Assembly (NCBI GenBank): GCA_965203055.1
Contig: OZ241863.1
Span: 2,432,001-2,496,000 of the forward strand
Length of the DNA: 64,000 bases
Source: Spirochaetia bacterium
GTDB taxonomy: Bacteria; Spirochaetota; Spirochaetia; SZUA-6; Bin103
Direction: 5' to 3'
The stretch's first letter is position 1; the number at the start of each line of letters is the position of its first letter. The notes beneath the pieces were generated by a model. That model was not told the DNA's origin, made no database searches, and worked only from the letters and a program-made list of their open reading frames with translations. Below are positions 1 to 12,973 of the stretch, in pieces. Made by a program: the position numbers and the translations under genes.

Positions 1-266
1 GCAGCCGGCCGCCAGCGGATGGCTGCGCCACACGGCGCGTCCGGCGCGGTCGGCCACCGTCACCACCTGTCCGGCCGGCGCCGCCGCCCGCAGCCGCAGG
101 GTCGGGTTGCCGTGGGCCGACCCGAAGCCGGCCGCCGGCGGGCCGGGTCCGGCATCACCCGTCATGAGGCACCGCGCCGGCCGCTTGGCGGTGATTGCAC
201 CAATGCCGAGAATGGCGTAGCGTTTTGCAGGCACAGCTCGGTGTTACCCAAGGGGAGGGCGCATTC

Positions 267-503
267 ATGGCTGAGATTTCGGAAAACATCCTCAGTGAGA
301 TAGAAGCGAGCGGCATCGACGCCTCCGATCTGGGGGTGGAGATTCGCCGCGGGAAGGGGCTGTTCAACCGCCGCAAGGTACTCAACGTGTTCGGCGCGGT
401 GCATTCCGAGCCGGATCACCAGTCGGTGTTGCGCGTGGTGCGGCGCCACGCCGGCGACAATTACGACGTGACCGACTCGGTGGCGGTGCATCCGCGCCAC
501 TGA
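267..503 (+). CDS. Small hypothetical protein, possibly BON-like
   Basis: ATG 267 after GGGGAGG RBS; MAEISENILSEIEASGID...VLNVFGAVHSE...VTDSVAV has a BON-like alpha/beta pattern. Confidence 0.55.
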   Translation: MAEISENILSEIEASGIDASDLGVEIRRGKGLFNRRKVLNVFGAVHSEPDHQSVLRVVRRHAGDNYDVTDSVAVHPRH

Positions 504-546
504 GCGGGGGCCGCTCGAACCGCGCCGGCGGCGGTCGGGCGACCGC

Positions 547-1143
547 TCACCGGCCGCCCGCCGCGCCGGCGGCTGACCTCTTGCGGGCCAGGGTGCGGTA
601 CAGCTCGCCGGTAACCGGCTGCATGCCGGCGGTAATCAGACCGCCGTCGCGCATGATCGCGGCCAGCGCCGAATAGGGCACGCCGCTGGCGCCGTGCTTC
701 GGCTGCCACTGCATGATCAGCACGCGCCCGTCGGTCTTCAGCAGCCGGTCGAGATCGCGCGCCACCGCCACCCGTTCCGCCCGCGTCTTCTGGTAGTGCA
801 GGATCTGCACGCAGACGATGAAGTCGGCAACGCCGTCCGGCAGCGCCGCGCGGCGGCCGTCGCCGGCCACCGCGGCAACGTTGGTCAACCCGGCCTGCGC
901 CGCGCGCGCGGCCACCAACTCGATCATGCGCGGTTCCAGATCGACGGCGTACACCTTCCCGGCGGCGCCCACCAACCGCGCCGCGGCCAGCGTGAACAGC
1001 CCCGGCCCGCAGCCGTAGTCCACCACCGTGAGCCCGGCGGTCACGCCGAGCCCGCGCAGCATCTCGCGCGGATCGGCCGGGCCGAACCGCCCGGCGGCGT
1101 CCAACAGGTGCTTCACCCACTCCTCGGTGTAGCGCTCGCTCAT
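547..1143 (-). CDS. Class I SAM-dependent methyltransferase
   Basis: VVDYGCGPG motif I, VYAVD motif II; 4-bp overlap with upstream gene. Confidence 0.9.
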   Translation of the reverse strand: MSERYTEEWVKHLLDAAGRFGPADPREMLRGLGVTAGLTVVDYGCGPGLFTLAAARLVGAAGKVYAVDLEPRMIELVAARAAQAGLTNVAAVAGDGRRAALPDGVADFIVCVQILHYQKTRAERVAVARDLDRLLKTDGRVLIMQWQPKHGASGVPYSALAAIMRDGGLITAGMQPVTGELYRTLARKRSAAGAAGGR

Positions 1144-1985
1144 GCGCGCGGCGCGGCCGGCGGCGCCCGGTAGACCACGGTGTTCAACTCGCTGTCGGCC
1201 AGCTCCCCCGGCGCCCGGCCGCCCAGATAGACGCGCGCGTCGTTGACCCGCGACGGATTGCTCAGGGCATCCACCCGCGTGCCGTCCGGGTAGAAGGTCA
1301 CGATCATCGCCTCGCGCATGGCGGAGGAGCGATTGGCCGGCGCGCCGTGCACGGTCCAGCCGAGGTGGAAGGTGCAGTCGCCGGCGGCCAGCGCCGCGGT
1401 CTGGTAGACGTCGAGGCCCTCGCGGGAAATGAAGTCGTCGAACCGGCGCGCCGACTCCTCGCTGATCTGCTGCCCGCCCAGGTCGCCGTAGCGATGCGAG
1501 CCGCGCACGAAGCGGATGCTACCCATCTCCCGGCTGCAATCCACCAGCGGCATCCACAGCCCCAGCGAGCGGTCGGTGGCGAGCGGCCAATAATACTGAT
1601 CCTGGTGCCAGTGGGAGTCGGCGCCGCCCGGCTGCTTGAACAGCGCCTGCTCGTGGAACAGGCGCACCGCCGGCACCCGCAGCAGGCGGGCCGCAATGGC
1701 GCCGAAGCGCGGCGCCAGGCAGAAGCGGCGCACCCCCTCCGAGTCGAAGCGCAGGCCAAGGGTCTGCAGAAACGCGCCGTGCGCCGCCGCCCGCATCCCG
1801 CGCGCGGCGAAGCGGCGCATGGCGGCGGCGCGGATCACGGCGCCGTAGGCCGCGATCTCCCGCGCGCTCAGCACCGCGCGCAGGACGATGAAGCCGTCGC
1901 GCCAGAACCGATCCACCTGCGCGTCCGAAACCGGGTAATCGGCCTCCAGCGGCGGCAGGTCCGGGTGGTCGTCCGGCGTGCTCAT
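1140..1985 (-). CDS. Phytanoyl-CoA dioxygenase (PhyH) family Fe(II)/2OG dioxygenase
   Basis: FWRDGFIV, WHQD, HGAPANRS...R motifs; start set at MSTPDD (1985), 6 nt after a TACGCT -10 box. Confidence 0.9.
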   Translation of the reverse strand: MSTPDDHPDLPPLEADYPVSDAQVDRFWRDGFIVLRAVLSAREIAAYGAVIRAAAMRRFAARGMRAAAHGAFLQTLGLRFDSEGVRRFCLAPRFGAIAARLLRVPAVRLFHEQALFKQPGGADSHWHQDQYYWPLATDRSLGLWMPLVDCSREMGSIRFVRGSHRYGDLGGQQISEESARRFDDFISREGLDVYQTAALAAGDCTFHLGWTVHGAPANRSSAMREAMIVTFYPDGTRVDALSNPSRVNDARVYLGGRAPGELADSELNTVVYRAPPAAPRA

Positions 1986-2076
1986 GCGCGCAGCGTAACC
2001 CACCACTCGGTACTCCGCCAGCGCACGGACCGACGCCGCGTACTCCTCATCGAGATTTCCGAGATTTTCTCGAACC

Positions 2077-2109
2077 ACGTCGGGAACTGACGTAGGAAGG
2101 CAGTAAGTT
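2077..2109 (+). promoter_or_regulatory. ACGTC-N7-GACGT palindrome plus TAAGTT -10 box; candidate WYL operator on a leaderless promoter
   Basis: ACGTCgggaactGACGT at 2077-2093, TAAGTT at 2104-2109, ATG at 2116. Confidence 0.5.
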
Positions 2110-2115
2110 GATCCC

Positions 2116-4197
2116 ATGGAGTCGATCATCAACGCCTACGAGCGGCGTCTCATCCTGACCTACATGTACCATCTGGTAACGTACGGCGAGCACAACGGCC
2201 TGGGTCACGCTGCTGACGAGGAGTTCCTGCCGGATTGGATCGGCGACCACGCCGACCTGCTGCGCTGCGACCACCTCCCGGCCGGGGCCTGCCACACGCG
2301 GTCACAACTCAAGAAGCTGCTGCGGCGTTTGCGGGAAGACGCCAAGGACGCCCGCAAGGATACCGCGGCGCGCCATCTGCGACGCCTCGGCAAGATGGCG
2401 GAGCTGTCGCGACTCGACCTCGGGATCCTCGAAGTCCTGATCCGCTACAAGACGCAGCCGGTCATCGAGTCGCTGATCGACCACGTGGACCGGCGCCTGC
2501 GGTACTACGTCTTCAACCTGCGCAACCCGATGCTGGGCGGACTGCTCGGCGTCTCGATGACCGCCATCCTGGATCGCGTCCGCGGCGGCGCGCCGCTGAT
2601 CCGCTCCGGGCTGATGTCGGTGGACAGCGACAACGACCTCGTGGTGGTGAAGCGGCTGACGCGGCTGGCGAGCGCGCCGGAACACGCCGGCGGGGACGTG
2701 ACCCGCCTGCTGCTGGGCGAACCTGTCGGCAGCGAACTGGAGTGGCGCGACTTCGCCCATCTCGGCACCGACCGGCGCCACGTCAGGGAGCTCCTGCAAG
2801 GCGCCCTGCAGCGCGGCGCGGCCGGGGTCAACGTGCTGTTGCACGGCCCGGCCGGCAGCGGCAAGACCGAGTTCGCCAAGGCGCTCGCGGCCAAGCTCGG
2901 CGTCAATCTGTTCAGCATCGGCGAGGAGGACGACGACGGCGACGAACCGAGCCGCGTGGAACGGCTGCAGGAACTGAAGATGGCGCAGATGCTGGCCCGC
3001 GACGGCAACTCGATCCTGCTGTTCGACGAGCTGGAGGACCTGCTCGCCTCCGACGCCGAGTGGCTCTGGCGGCTGCCGCTGTTCTCCTCGCCGGCGCGCG
3101 GCAGCGAGGGTTCGAAGGTGTTCCTGAACCGCATGCTTGAGCAGTGTCAGGTGCCGGTCATCTGGACCATGAACGACGCGCGCTCGGTCAGTCCCGTGAT
3201 CCTGCGCCGGATGATGTTCGCGTTGGGGCTGCGCCTGCCGCCCGCCTCGGTGCGGACCTCGATCTGGGAGCGGCAGTTCAACCGCCACGGGGTCACGGTG
3301 CCGCCCGGCACCGCGGCGGTGCTGGCCCGGGAGTACCCGGTCACTCCCGGCGTGGCGGAAGGCGCGATTCGCGGCGCGGGCTACACCAACAGCGGCGCCG
3401 ACGCGGTGCGCCGCGCGGTGAACAACATCGTGCGCGTGCTGCCCGGCGGCCAGGCGCCGCACGAGGCGGAGCCGCCGGAACGCTACGACCCCTCCGTGAT
3501 CCACGCCGACACCGACCTCGTGCGGCTCGCGAAGCAGCTCGTGACGAGTGATTCGCGCCGCTTCTCGCTGTGTCTGGAGGGACCGCCCGGCAGCGGCAAG
3601 AGCGCCTACGTGCGCTACCTGGCCGGCCGCCTCGACCTGCGCGTGCTGCAGAAGCGCGCCTCCGACCTGCTGTCTCCCTATGTCGGCGAAACCGAGCAAC
3701 AGATCTCCGCGGCGTTCAACGAGGCGCGCGCCGAACAGGCGTTCCTGGTGTTCGACGAGGCGGATTCGCTGCTTGCCGACCGCCGGCGCGCGCATCGCAA
3801 CTGGGAAGTGACGCAGGTGAACGAAATGCTGGCCTGGATGGAGAGCCATCCGTTGCCGTTCGCCTGCACCACCAATCTCGGCGCGCTGCTCGATCCGGCG
3901 ACGCTGCGCCGCTTCCTGTTCAAGGTCACCCTGCGCCACCTCACCTCCGCCCAGGCCGAGGCCGCGTTCCGTCTCTACTTCGACCAGCCGGCGCCGCCGG
4001 AGGCCGCGGCGCTCGCCAACCTCACGCCCGCCGACTTCGCCGTGGTGCGCAAGCAGGCCGAGTTCTTCGGCTGCCTGGGGGAGCCGGCCCGCCTGGCCGA
4101 GCTGCTCCGCGCCGAGTGCCAGGCCAAGCCCGGCCTGAACGGGCCGATCGGATTCGATCCGCAGCAGCGCTCATGCCGGCAGCGGCCCGAACGCTGA
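2116..4197 (+). CDS. AAA+ ATPase with two AAA modules
   Basis: Walker A GPAGSGKT and GPPGSGKS, Walker B LLFDE and LVFDE, C-terminal PIGF. Confidence 0.9.
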   Translation: MESIINAYERRLILTYMYHLVTYGEHNGLGHAADEEFLPDWIGDHADLLRCDHLPAGACHTRSQLKKLLRRLREDAKDARKDTAARHLRRLGKMAELSRLDLGILEVLIRYKTQPVIESLIDHVDRRLRYYVFNLRNPMLGGLLGVSMTAILDRVRGGAPLIRSGLMSVDSDNDLVVVKRLTRLASAPEHAGGDVTRLLLGEPVGSELEWRDFAHLGTDRRHVRELLQGALQRGAAGVNVLLHGPAGSGKTEFAKALAAKLGVNLFSIGEEDDDGDEPSRVERLQELKMAQMLARDGNSILLFDELEDLLASDAEWLWRLPLFSSPARGSEGSKVFLNRMLEQCQVPVIWTMNDARSVSPVILRRMMFALGLRLPPASVRTSIWERQFNRHGVTVPPGTAAVLAREYPVTPGVAEGAIRGAGYTNSGADAVRRAVNNIVRVLPGGQAPHEAEPPERYDPSVIHADTDLVRLAKQLVTSDSRRFSLCLEGPPGSGKSAYVRYLAGRLDLRVLQKRASDLLSPYVGETEQQISAAFNEARAEQAFLVFDEADSLLADRRRAHRNWEVTQVNEMLAWMESHPLPFACTTNLGALLDPATLRRFLFKVTLRHLTSAQAEAAFRLYFDQPAPPEAAALANLTPADFAVVRKQAEFFGCLGEPARLAELLRAECQAKPGLNGPIGFDPQQRSCRQRPER

Positions 4198-4294
4198 CTT
4201 CGCGGCCGCAGCGGGCCGCTGCAGCCGCCGCGGCGCGGCGGCCGCCTGCGGTGTACTATCGGACCACCACTTACGGAGAGGCGGCGGGCGGCGT

Positions 4295-5281
4295 ATGGCA
4301 TACGAGCGGGCGGTGGACATCATCAAACTGGCGCTGCGGCTGCAGGCAACGTGGCGCGGGCTCACGCTGGACGACGTCGAACGGGAGTTCGAGGTCTCGC
4401 GGCGCACCGCCGAGCGGCTGCGGGACGCGGTCCGAGACCTCTTTGGCGAGCTTGAGACGGTGAATACCGGCGAGCGCAAGCAGCACCTGCGACTGCGGTC
4501 GCGCGCGCTGCGCAGCCTGGTAACCGTGTCCGCAGACGAATTGGCGGAACTGACCGCGGCCGCGGCGGCGCTGGAACGCAACGGGCTGGAAGAACGCGCC
4601 GCCAAGCTGCGCCAGCTCGCCGACAAGCTGCGCGCGCTGCTGGAGACCGAAGCGCGGACCAGCCTCGAATCCGATCTGCAGGCGCTGATGGTGGCGGAGG
4701 GCGTGGCGATGCGGCCGGGCCCGCGGCCGCGTCTCGACGAAGGTCTGCTCAGCCTGCTGCGCGCCGCCATCAAGCGCCGGCGGGCGGTGGCGTTCGACTA
4801 CCTGGCGCAGGCCACCGGGCGGCGCGACCGGCGCCGCGTGCAGCCCTACGGCATCATCTACGGCAACCGCGCCTTCCTGGTCGGCCATACCGAACGGGGC
4901 CGCGGCATGCGCCTGTGGCGGCTGGCGAACATCAGCGGCGCCCGCCTCACCGAGGAACAGTTCGCGCGCGATCCGGCGTTCGACCTGCGGCAGTTCGCCA
5001 AACGGTCGTTCGGGACCTATCAGGAGGATCCCGTGCCCGTGACGCTGCGCTTCGCGGCGCAGGTGGCGCAGGACGTGAACCACTTCGTGTTCCACCCGGA
5101 CCAGACCGTAACGGAACAGGAGGACGGTTCGCTGACGGTACGCTTCACCGCCGGCGGCCTCGACGAGATCTGCTGGCACCTGTTCACCTGGAGCACCCGC
5201 GCAACCATCGAGCAGCCGGCTCACCTCCGGCAGCGGATGCAGGCCATGTGCGCCGCCCTCGCCGCCCACCACCGCGCCTGA
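4295..5281 (+). CDS. HTH-WYL-WCX transcriptional regulator, DriD-like
   Basis: N-terminal wHTH GLTLDDVEREFEVSRRTAERLRDAV; WYL core RRVQPYGIIYGNRAFLVG...LWRLANI; WCX FHPDQ. Confidence 0.9.
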   Translation: MAYERAVDIIKLALRLQATWRGLTLDDVEREFEVSRRTAERLRDAVRDLFGELETVNTGERKQHLRLRSRALRSLVTVSADELAELTAAAAALERNGLEERAAKLRQLADKLRALLETEARTSLESDLQALMVAEGVAMRPGPRPRLDEGLLSLLRAAIKRRRAVAFDYLAQATGRRDRRRVQPYGIIYGNRAFLVGHTERGRGMRLWRLANISGARLTEEQFARDPAFDLRQFAKRSFGTYQEDPVPVTLRFAAQVAQDVNHFVFHPDQTVTEQEDGSLTVRFTAGGLDEICWHLFTWSTRATIEQPAHLRQRMQAMCAALAAHHRA

Positions 5282-5983
5282 CTACCCCAGCAGCAGGTCG
5301 GCCAGCTCGTCGAAGTCCGCTACGGTCGCGTCGGGGAGGAACTGCGGTTCGGTCTCTTCATAGGGCAGGCGGTAGCGGTCGACGTAGACGCCGCGCAGGC
5401 CGCAGGTGCGCGCGCCGAGCACGTCGAAGCTGTTGGCCGAGACCATGATCAACTCCCCCACTTCGCGGCGTAGCGTGCGGGCGGCGCCGCGGTACACGGC
5501 CGGATGCGGCTTGAAGGCGCCGGCCGCGTCAACCGAGATCACCCGATCGAACTCGAACCGGATGCGGTGGGCGGTCAGGTGCCGCAACAACGGGGCGTCG
5601 CCGTTGGACAGGGCCGCCAGCTCGAAGCGCGCGCGCAACCGCTCCAGGTTGGCGCGGCACTCGGCAAAGGGGCTGAGCTCGCGCCAGGCGGCGAGGTAGG
5701 CATCGGTCTCGGCCGCGGTGGGCGGCAACTGATGGGCGCGGGCGACGTAGCTGAAGGCGCGGCGCACCGTCTCCAGGTAGCCGCCGTGGCCCAGCAGCAT
5801 CAAGCTGTCCTGATACTGCTCGATCCGTTGCCGGTAGCGGAGCTGGTGCCAGAACGCCGCCGCGTCCACCCCGCCGCGCCCGCGCAGGAAGGCCTCCAGC
5901 GCCGGCCGCAGACTGCCTTCCAGGTCGAGCACGGTACCGAACAGATCGAAGGCAAGGGCGCGGCAGCCCTGCAGCGAGCCCAT
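5282..5983 (-). CDS. HAD-superfamily haloacid dehalogenase type II-like hydrolase
   Basis: AFDLFGT, ALSNG, FKPHPAVY, SANSFDVLGA motifs. Confidence 0.9.
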   Translation of the reverse strand: MGSLQGCRALAFDLFGTVLDLEGSLRPALEAFLRGRGGVDAAAFWHQLRYRQRIEQYQDSLMLLGHGGYLETVRRAFSYVARAHQLPPTAAETDAYLAAWRELSPFAECRANLERLRARFELAALSNGDAPLLRHLTAHRIRFEFDRVISVDAAGAFKPHPAVYRGAARTLRREVGELIMVSANSFDVLGARTCGLRGVYVDRYRLPYEETEPQFLPDATVADFDELADLLLG

Positions 5984-6008
5984 ATGGCCATCATAGATCA
6001 CTTGCCGG

Positions 6009-7337
6009 TCATTCGCCGGGAGGCGCCAGCAGCCATTCACCGGCGGGCTGCGCCACGACGCCGGCCGGGAGGTCGCCGGGGATGCCGTCGCGAACGAGCG
6101 TCAGCAGCCGCTTGCCGGCGCCGGGGAACATCGCTCCGGCGGCGGCGAGCGCGCGCAGCTCGCGGTTGGCGGTCGCCGCGTCGGAGAGATCCGCGCACAC
6201 CTGGATCAGTTCCGCTTCGCCGCCGGCGCGCCGGGCCAGAAAGTCGACCTCGTACCCTTCCCGGCTGCGCACGTAGGTAACGTCATAGCGGCGCCGTTCC
6301 AGCTCTATCAGGACGGCGGTCTCCAGCGCGTGGCCGACGTTCGCCCGGCCGGTGCGATCGAACAACGGGATCAGTCCCGGATCGACCGGATACGCCTTGC
6401 GGGGGTTCACCATGCGCTGGCGCTCCGACCCCGATTCCATCCACACCAGCCGCACCAGGAAGCAGTCTTCCAGATGGTCCAGGAGCCGATGCAGCGTGTC
6501 CCTGCCGATCGCAATGCCCTGCGACCTGAGCACGGCGTGAAACTTCTCCACGCTGAACATCGAGCCGGCGTTACCCAGCAGGCGACGGACCAGGGCGCGC
6601 AACCCGGCCACGTTGCGCACCTCGTGGCGCTCGATGACGTCGCGCAGCACCGCCACGTCGACGTAGTCGTGGAGCAGCCGGTGCCGCGACGCCGGGTCCA
6701 GACCCTGCGCTTCCGGGAATCCGCCCGCCTGCAGCCAGTCGAGCAACGCGCGCTCCACCTGGGACCGTTCTCTGGGGGCGAGAAAGCCCGGTTCCGCCGG
6801 GACGGGCTGCCGCCGGTGACGCAGGGCCTCCTCGAACGAGAACGGATGCATCACCACCTGCCACGCGCGGCCGCGGAGCGCGGTGGCGATCTCCCGCGAC
6901 AACAACGCGGCCGACGAACCGGTGACGAACACCCGCACCCGCTCGGTGTCGAGCAGGCGGCGCACGAACCGCTCCCACCCGGCGACCATCTGCACTTCGT
7001 CGAAGCACCACGTCACCTCGACGCCGCGCAGGTCGGGAAACCGGCGGTAGTACTCTTCCACCGCCAGCCCCAGGCCGCGGGCGTCGAGACCGACCAGCCG
7101 TTCGTCCTCGAACGACAGGTACGGCAGGCGCTCCCGCGGCACGCCGCGCTCGACGAGGCCGCGGCGCATCCGGTGGAGGAAGGCGGTCTTGCCCGCGCGG
7201 CGGATGCCGGTGACCGCGGTCGCCTTGCCGGGGAACCAAAGCCGGCCGAAGATGCGGCGGGCCGTGTACTCCGGCAGCGGCCGCCGCAGAGAATCGGCGA
7301 GCTGCTCGGACAGGGCCCGGCGCTGCAGTGCATCCAT
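6009..7337 (-). CDS. AAA_14 / DUF4143 ATP-binding protein
   Basis: GIRRAGKT, FDEVQ, VTGSS, GGFPE, KAYPVDPG, EVDF. Confidence 0.9.
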   Translation of the reverse strand: MDALQRRALSEQLADSLRRPLPEYTARRIFGRLWFPGKATAVTGIRRAGKTAFLHRMRRGLVERGVPRERLPYLSFEDERLVGLDARGLGLAVEEYYRRFPDLRGVEVTWCFDEVQMVAGWERFVRRLLDTERVRVFVTGSSAALLSREIATALRGRAWQVVMHPFSFEEALRHRRQPVPAEPGFLAPRERSQVERALLDWLQAGGFPEAQGLDPASRHRLLHDYVDVAVLRDVIERHEVRNVAGLRALVRRLLGNAGSMFSVEKFHAVLRSQGIAIGRDTLHRLLDHLEDCFLVRLVWMESGSERQRMVNPRKAYPVDPGLIPLFDRTGRANVGHALETAVLIELERRRYDVTYVRSREGYEVDFLARRAGGEAELIQVCADLSDAATANRELRALAAAGAMFPGAGKRLLTLVRDGIPGDLPAGVVAQPAGEWLLAPPGE

Positions 7338-7436
7338 GACGCCAAACTTCTCCTTGCGAAAAGGAGAAAATACCCGATTCTTATCCTTCCCGGAAGGAGA
7401 AATCAGGCCGCCAGCCCTCCCGGATCGGGCGCAGGA

Positions 7437-10571
<3,135 letters not shown>

Positions 10572-10602
10572 CGCCCGTCCTCCCCTGTGACGATGACGAA
10601 TC

Positions 10603-11721
10603 TCACCGCGCCGGCCCGCCGCTGATCACGTTCGCCTTCCAAAGTTGGCCCAGAGAGTACTCCTTCAGCCAGTCCTGCAGGCGATCCGGGTCCAGCCGCT
10701 CGAACACCGACTCGCCATCCCGCCGATTGACCACCACGACGTCTTCCGGCCGAAACTCGCTGACCAGGTCGGCGGATTGCGTGGAGACGATCACCTGCCG
10801 CGCTTCACTCGCCGACTGCAGCATCTCCGCCAGCAGCGTAAGCGCGAACGGATGCAGCCCCAGTTCCGGCTCATCGATCAGGATCAGCCGCGGCTGCATC
10901 GCGGTCGGCTGCAGAAGCAGGGTGGCAAGGCACAGGAAGCGGAGCGTGCCGTCCGAAAGCTGAAGCGGCCCCAGCGGCGTATCGGCATCGTCGACGTGAT
11001 GCCATTCGAGTTCCATGCGCTCATCGACATCCTTGCGATAGACGAAGCCGCCGAAGAACGGAGCGGCCAACCGCACGGCGTCGACGATCTCGCGGTGCTC
11101 GTGCGGATGGCGTTCATGGAGCAAGCGCAGGAACGGCCCCAGGTTGGCCCCGTCCGGCTTCAAGCGCAGGTTGTCGCGCACCGCCTGCGGGCAGCGCACT
11201 CCCGCCACTTCGCTCGTATCGTGAAAGTGAAACACCCGCCAGTCCCGCATCACCGGCAGCACGTAAGCCGCAAAATCACCACGCCCGAGAGTCGCCGCAT
11301 GCGCCTCCTGGTGACCTCCGGACCAAGTCGCCCCCCCTTCGATCGTGGGAATCGTGTCGGGATATACCAATTCATACTCCTGGGGCACTCCAGGCAAGAC
11401 GTGCTCTCGCGTAAACGCCAATCCGTCCGCCACCGGCTCAAGCGAAAAGCCGTACCGGTGGCTGTCGCCGTTGAAGGACAACTCCACGTCCAGGACCGAG
11501 GTTCGCCGGCGACCGCCGAACAGCAGAGCGTCCGTTCTACCCTCCCGCTTGACGAACAATTGAAGCCTCTTCGCGGCAAGTTCGGACACCATCCGAAACA
11601 GACTCATCAAGTTGCTCTTGCCCGCCCCGTTCGCACCAACAAGGACATTCAGTCCGCGCAACTCGAAGTCCTCCAGCACCCGAATCGACTTGAAACCCCG
11701 GACAGCCAGTCGGTCTATCAT
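10603..11721 (-). CDS. ABC-type (AAA_21-like) ATPase, cargo of the R-M locus
   Basis: [32 protein letters not shown]. Confidence 0.88.
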   Translation of the reverse strand: MIDRLAVRGFKSIRVLEDFELRGLNVLVGANGAGKSNLMSLFRMVSELAAKRLQLFVKREGRTDALLFGGRRRTSVLDVELSFNGDSHRYGFSLEPVADGLAFTREHVLPGVPQEYELVYPDTIPTIEGGATWSGGHQEAHAATLGRGDFAAYVLPVMRDWRVFHFHDTSEVAGVRCPQAVRDNLRLKPDGANLGPFLRLLHERHPHEHREIVDAVRLAAPFFGGFVYRKDVDERMELEWHHVDDADTPLGPLQLSDGTLRFLCLATLLLQPTAMQPRLILIDEPELGLHPFALTLLAEMLQSASEARQVIVSTQSADLVSEFRPEDVVVVNRRDGESVFERLDPDRLQDWLKEYSLGQLWKANVISGGPAR

Positions 11722-12560
11722 TGATCAAGTTGTGGTTCTCGACCACGAAACGAGCGCGCCGCTTCCCGTAGACCTGCGGCATCTTCCTTGGCGAATCCAA
11801 TGATCTTCTCAGCCGGCTTCATCGGCCGCGTCCGCGCCCAGGTCACGCCGACGTCAAGCGTCGGAAAGGGGCTGATCATCCTGTCAAGCGCTTCGCACAA
11901 GTTGGCGCTGACCCCCTTGTCTACGACTCTCGAAAAGGCTTCGCCGTCGCCTGCATGCGTGCGCGCCGCGGCGCTCCGGGCAGCATCGAGAGATTCGATC
12001 AGGCGTCTTGTCATCCGTCGCTCGATAGGGAAATCGTAGTCCTTGGACGGTATCGAGATCACCAGCGTGACGATGGAACTTCCCTGTTCGGTCTGTCCCA
12101 GGTGAACTCGGCTCAGAAGGTCGGCCGCCTCCCTGTTGGCGCCCGCGCGGTACACTGCCTGCGGCGCACGCAACGAGCAGGCCGCCGCCAAGAGCATGTC
12201 ACGCGCGCCGACGACGAGGGCGACGCCGTCGTTCACGGTCAAGCCGCCGTCATCGCGTCCGCCGGCTCGTACCCGCACGACATCACGGTTGGCGTTCACC
12301 AGATCGAAATAGATAGCGAGCTCGTCCCGTCCGGCTACTTTCGAAAATATCTCGATCAGGCTGGCTACGACACTTGCGTAGTCACCCAGACTTTGTGTGC
12401 CCGGCAGGATGATCTCTGGCAGCCCCTCCGCTGCATACACGTCGGAATAGGTGCGGTATTTCTCACCCGTCTTGGACCAACCCGCGACCCGCGCGTACGC
12501 CGAAAGAGCATCCGGCGAAATCGCCCGCAATGCGTCTCGATCTTGGATACGCACTTTCAT
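11718..12560 (-). CDS. Conserved hypothetical protein, possibly C-terminally truncated
   Basis: Translationally coupled on both sides; LSAYARVAGW and LGQTEQGS motifs recall a defence-island hypothetical family. Confidence 0.65.
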   Translation of the reverse strand: MKVRIQDRDALRAISPDALSAYARVAGWSKTGEKYRTYSDVYAAEGLPEIILPGTQSLGDYASVVASLIEIFSKVAGRDELAIYFDLVNANRDVVRVRAGGRDDGGLTVNDGVALVVGARDMLLAAACSLRAPQAVYRAGANREAADLLSRVHLGQTEQGSSIVTLVISIPSKDYDFPIERRMTRRLIESLDAARSAAARTHAGDGEAFSRVVDKGVSANLCEALDRMISPFPTLDVGVTWARTRPMKPAEKIIGFAKEDAAGLREAARSFRGREPQLDQ

Positions 12561-12973
12561 CGGCTCGTCCCCTCGGTAGAGGACGTCAAATAGAACAGGT
12601 CGTTGACCGCGAGCATCGCCTGCACAAGATTGTGTTTCTGCAGTGCAAAGTTGCGCGCCGACGCCCGCACTTCAAGTTCCTTCGTCGCATCGCTGACCTG
12701 CACTCCGAATCCTCTGACGATCGTCCTGAGCAAGTCGTTCCGCATCGGGTTATCGATCGTGCACCCCGACTGCTCCAGATCGGCAACGGTACAACCGTCA
12801 TCCGTCAATATGAACCCATTGTCATGCCGCTTGGCGTAGATTTGAAGAAAGTCGTTATGGCGGTCCAGATAGGGAGTGGTGATTTCGACGCAATCGTGTA
12901 ATTCTCGCAGACTCGTCTGGTCTCTCAACCACCGCCAATACCCATCCAGCAGCGACTGCACTTCGTCGATCAC
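12557..12973 (-). CDS. DUF1828-like protein (no DUF1829 half)
   Basis: EITTPYLDRHNDFLQIY, LTDDG, KHNLVQAMLAVNDLFY. Confidence 0.8.
   Translation of the reverse strand: MIDEVQSLLDGYWRWLRDQTSLRELHDCVEITTPYLDRHNDFLQIYAKRHDNGFILTDDGCTVADLEQSGCTIDNPMRNDLLRTIVRGFGVQVSDATKELEVRASARNFALQKHNLVQAMLAVNDLFYLTSSTEGTSR

Noticed and set aside
2050..2073. CGAGATTT direct repeat and TCGAGA/TCTCGA inverted repeat
   Set aside because: Short and found only once; no function can be supported
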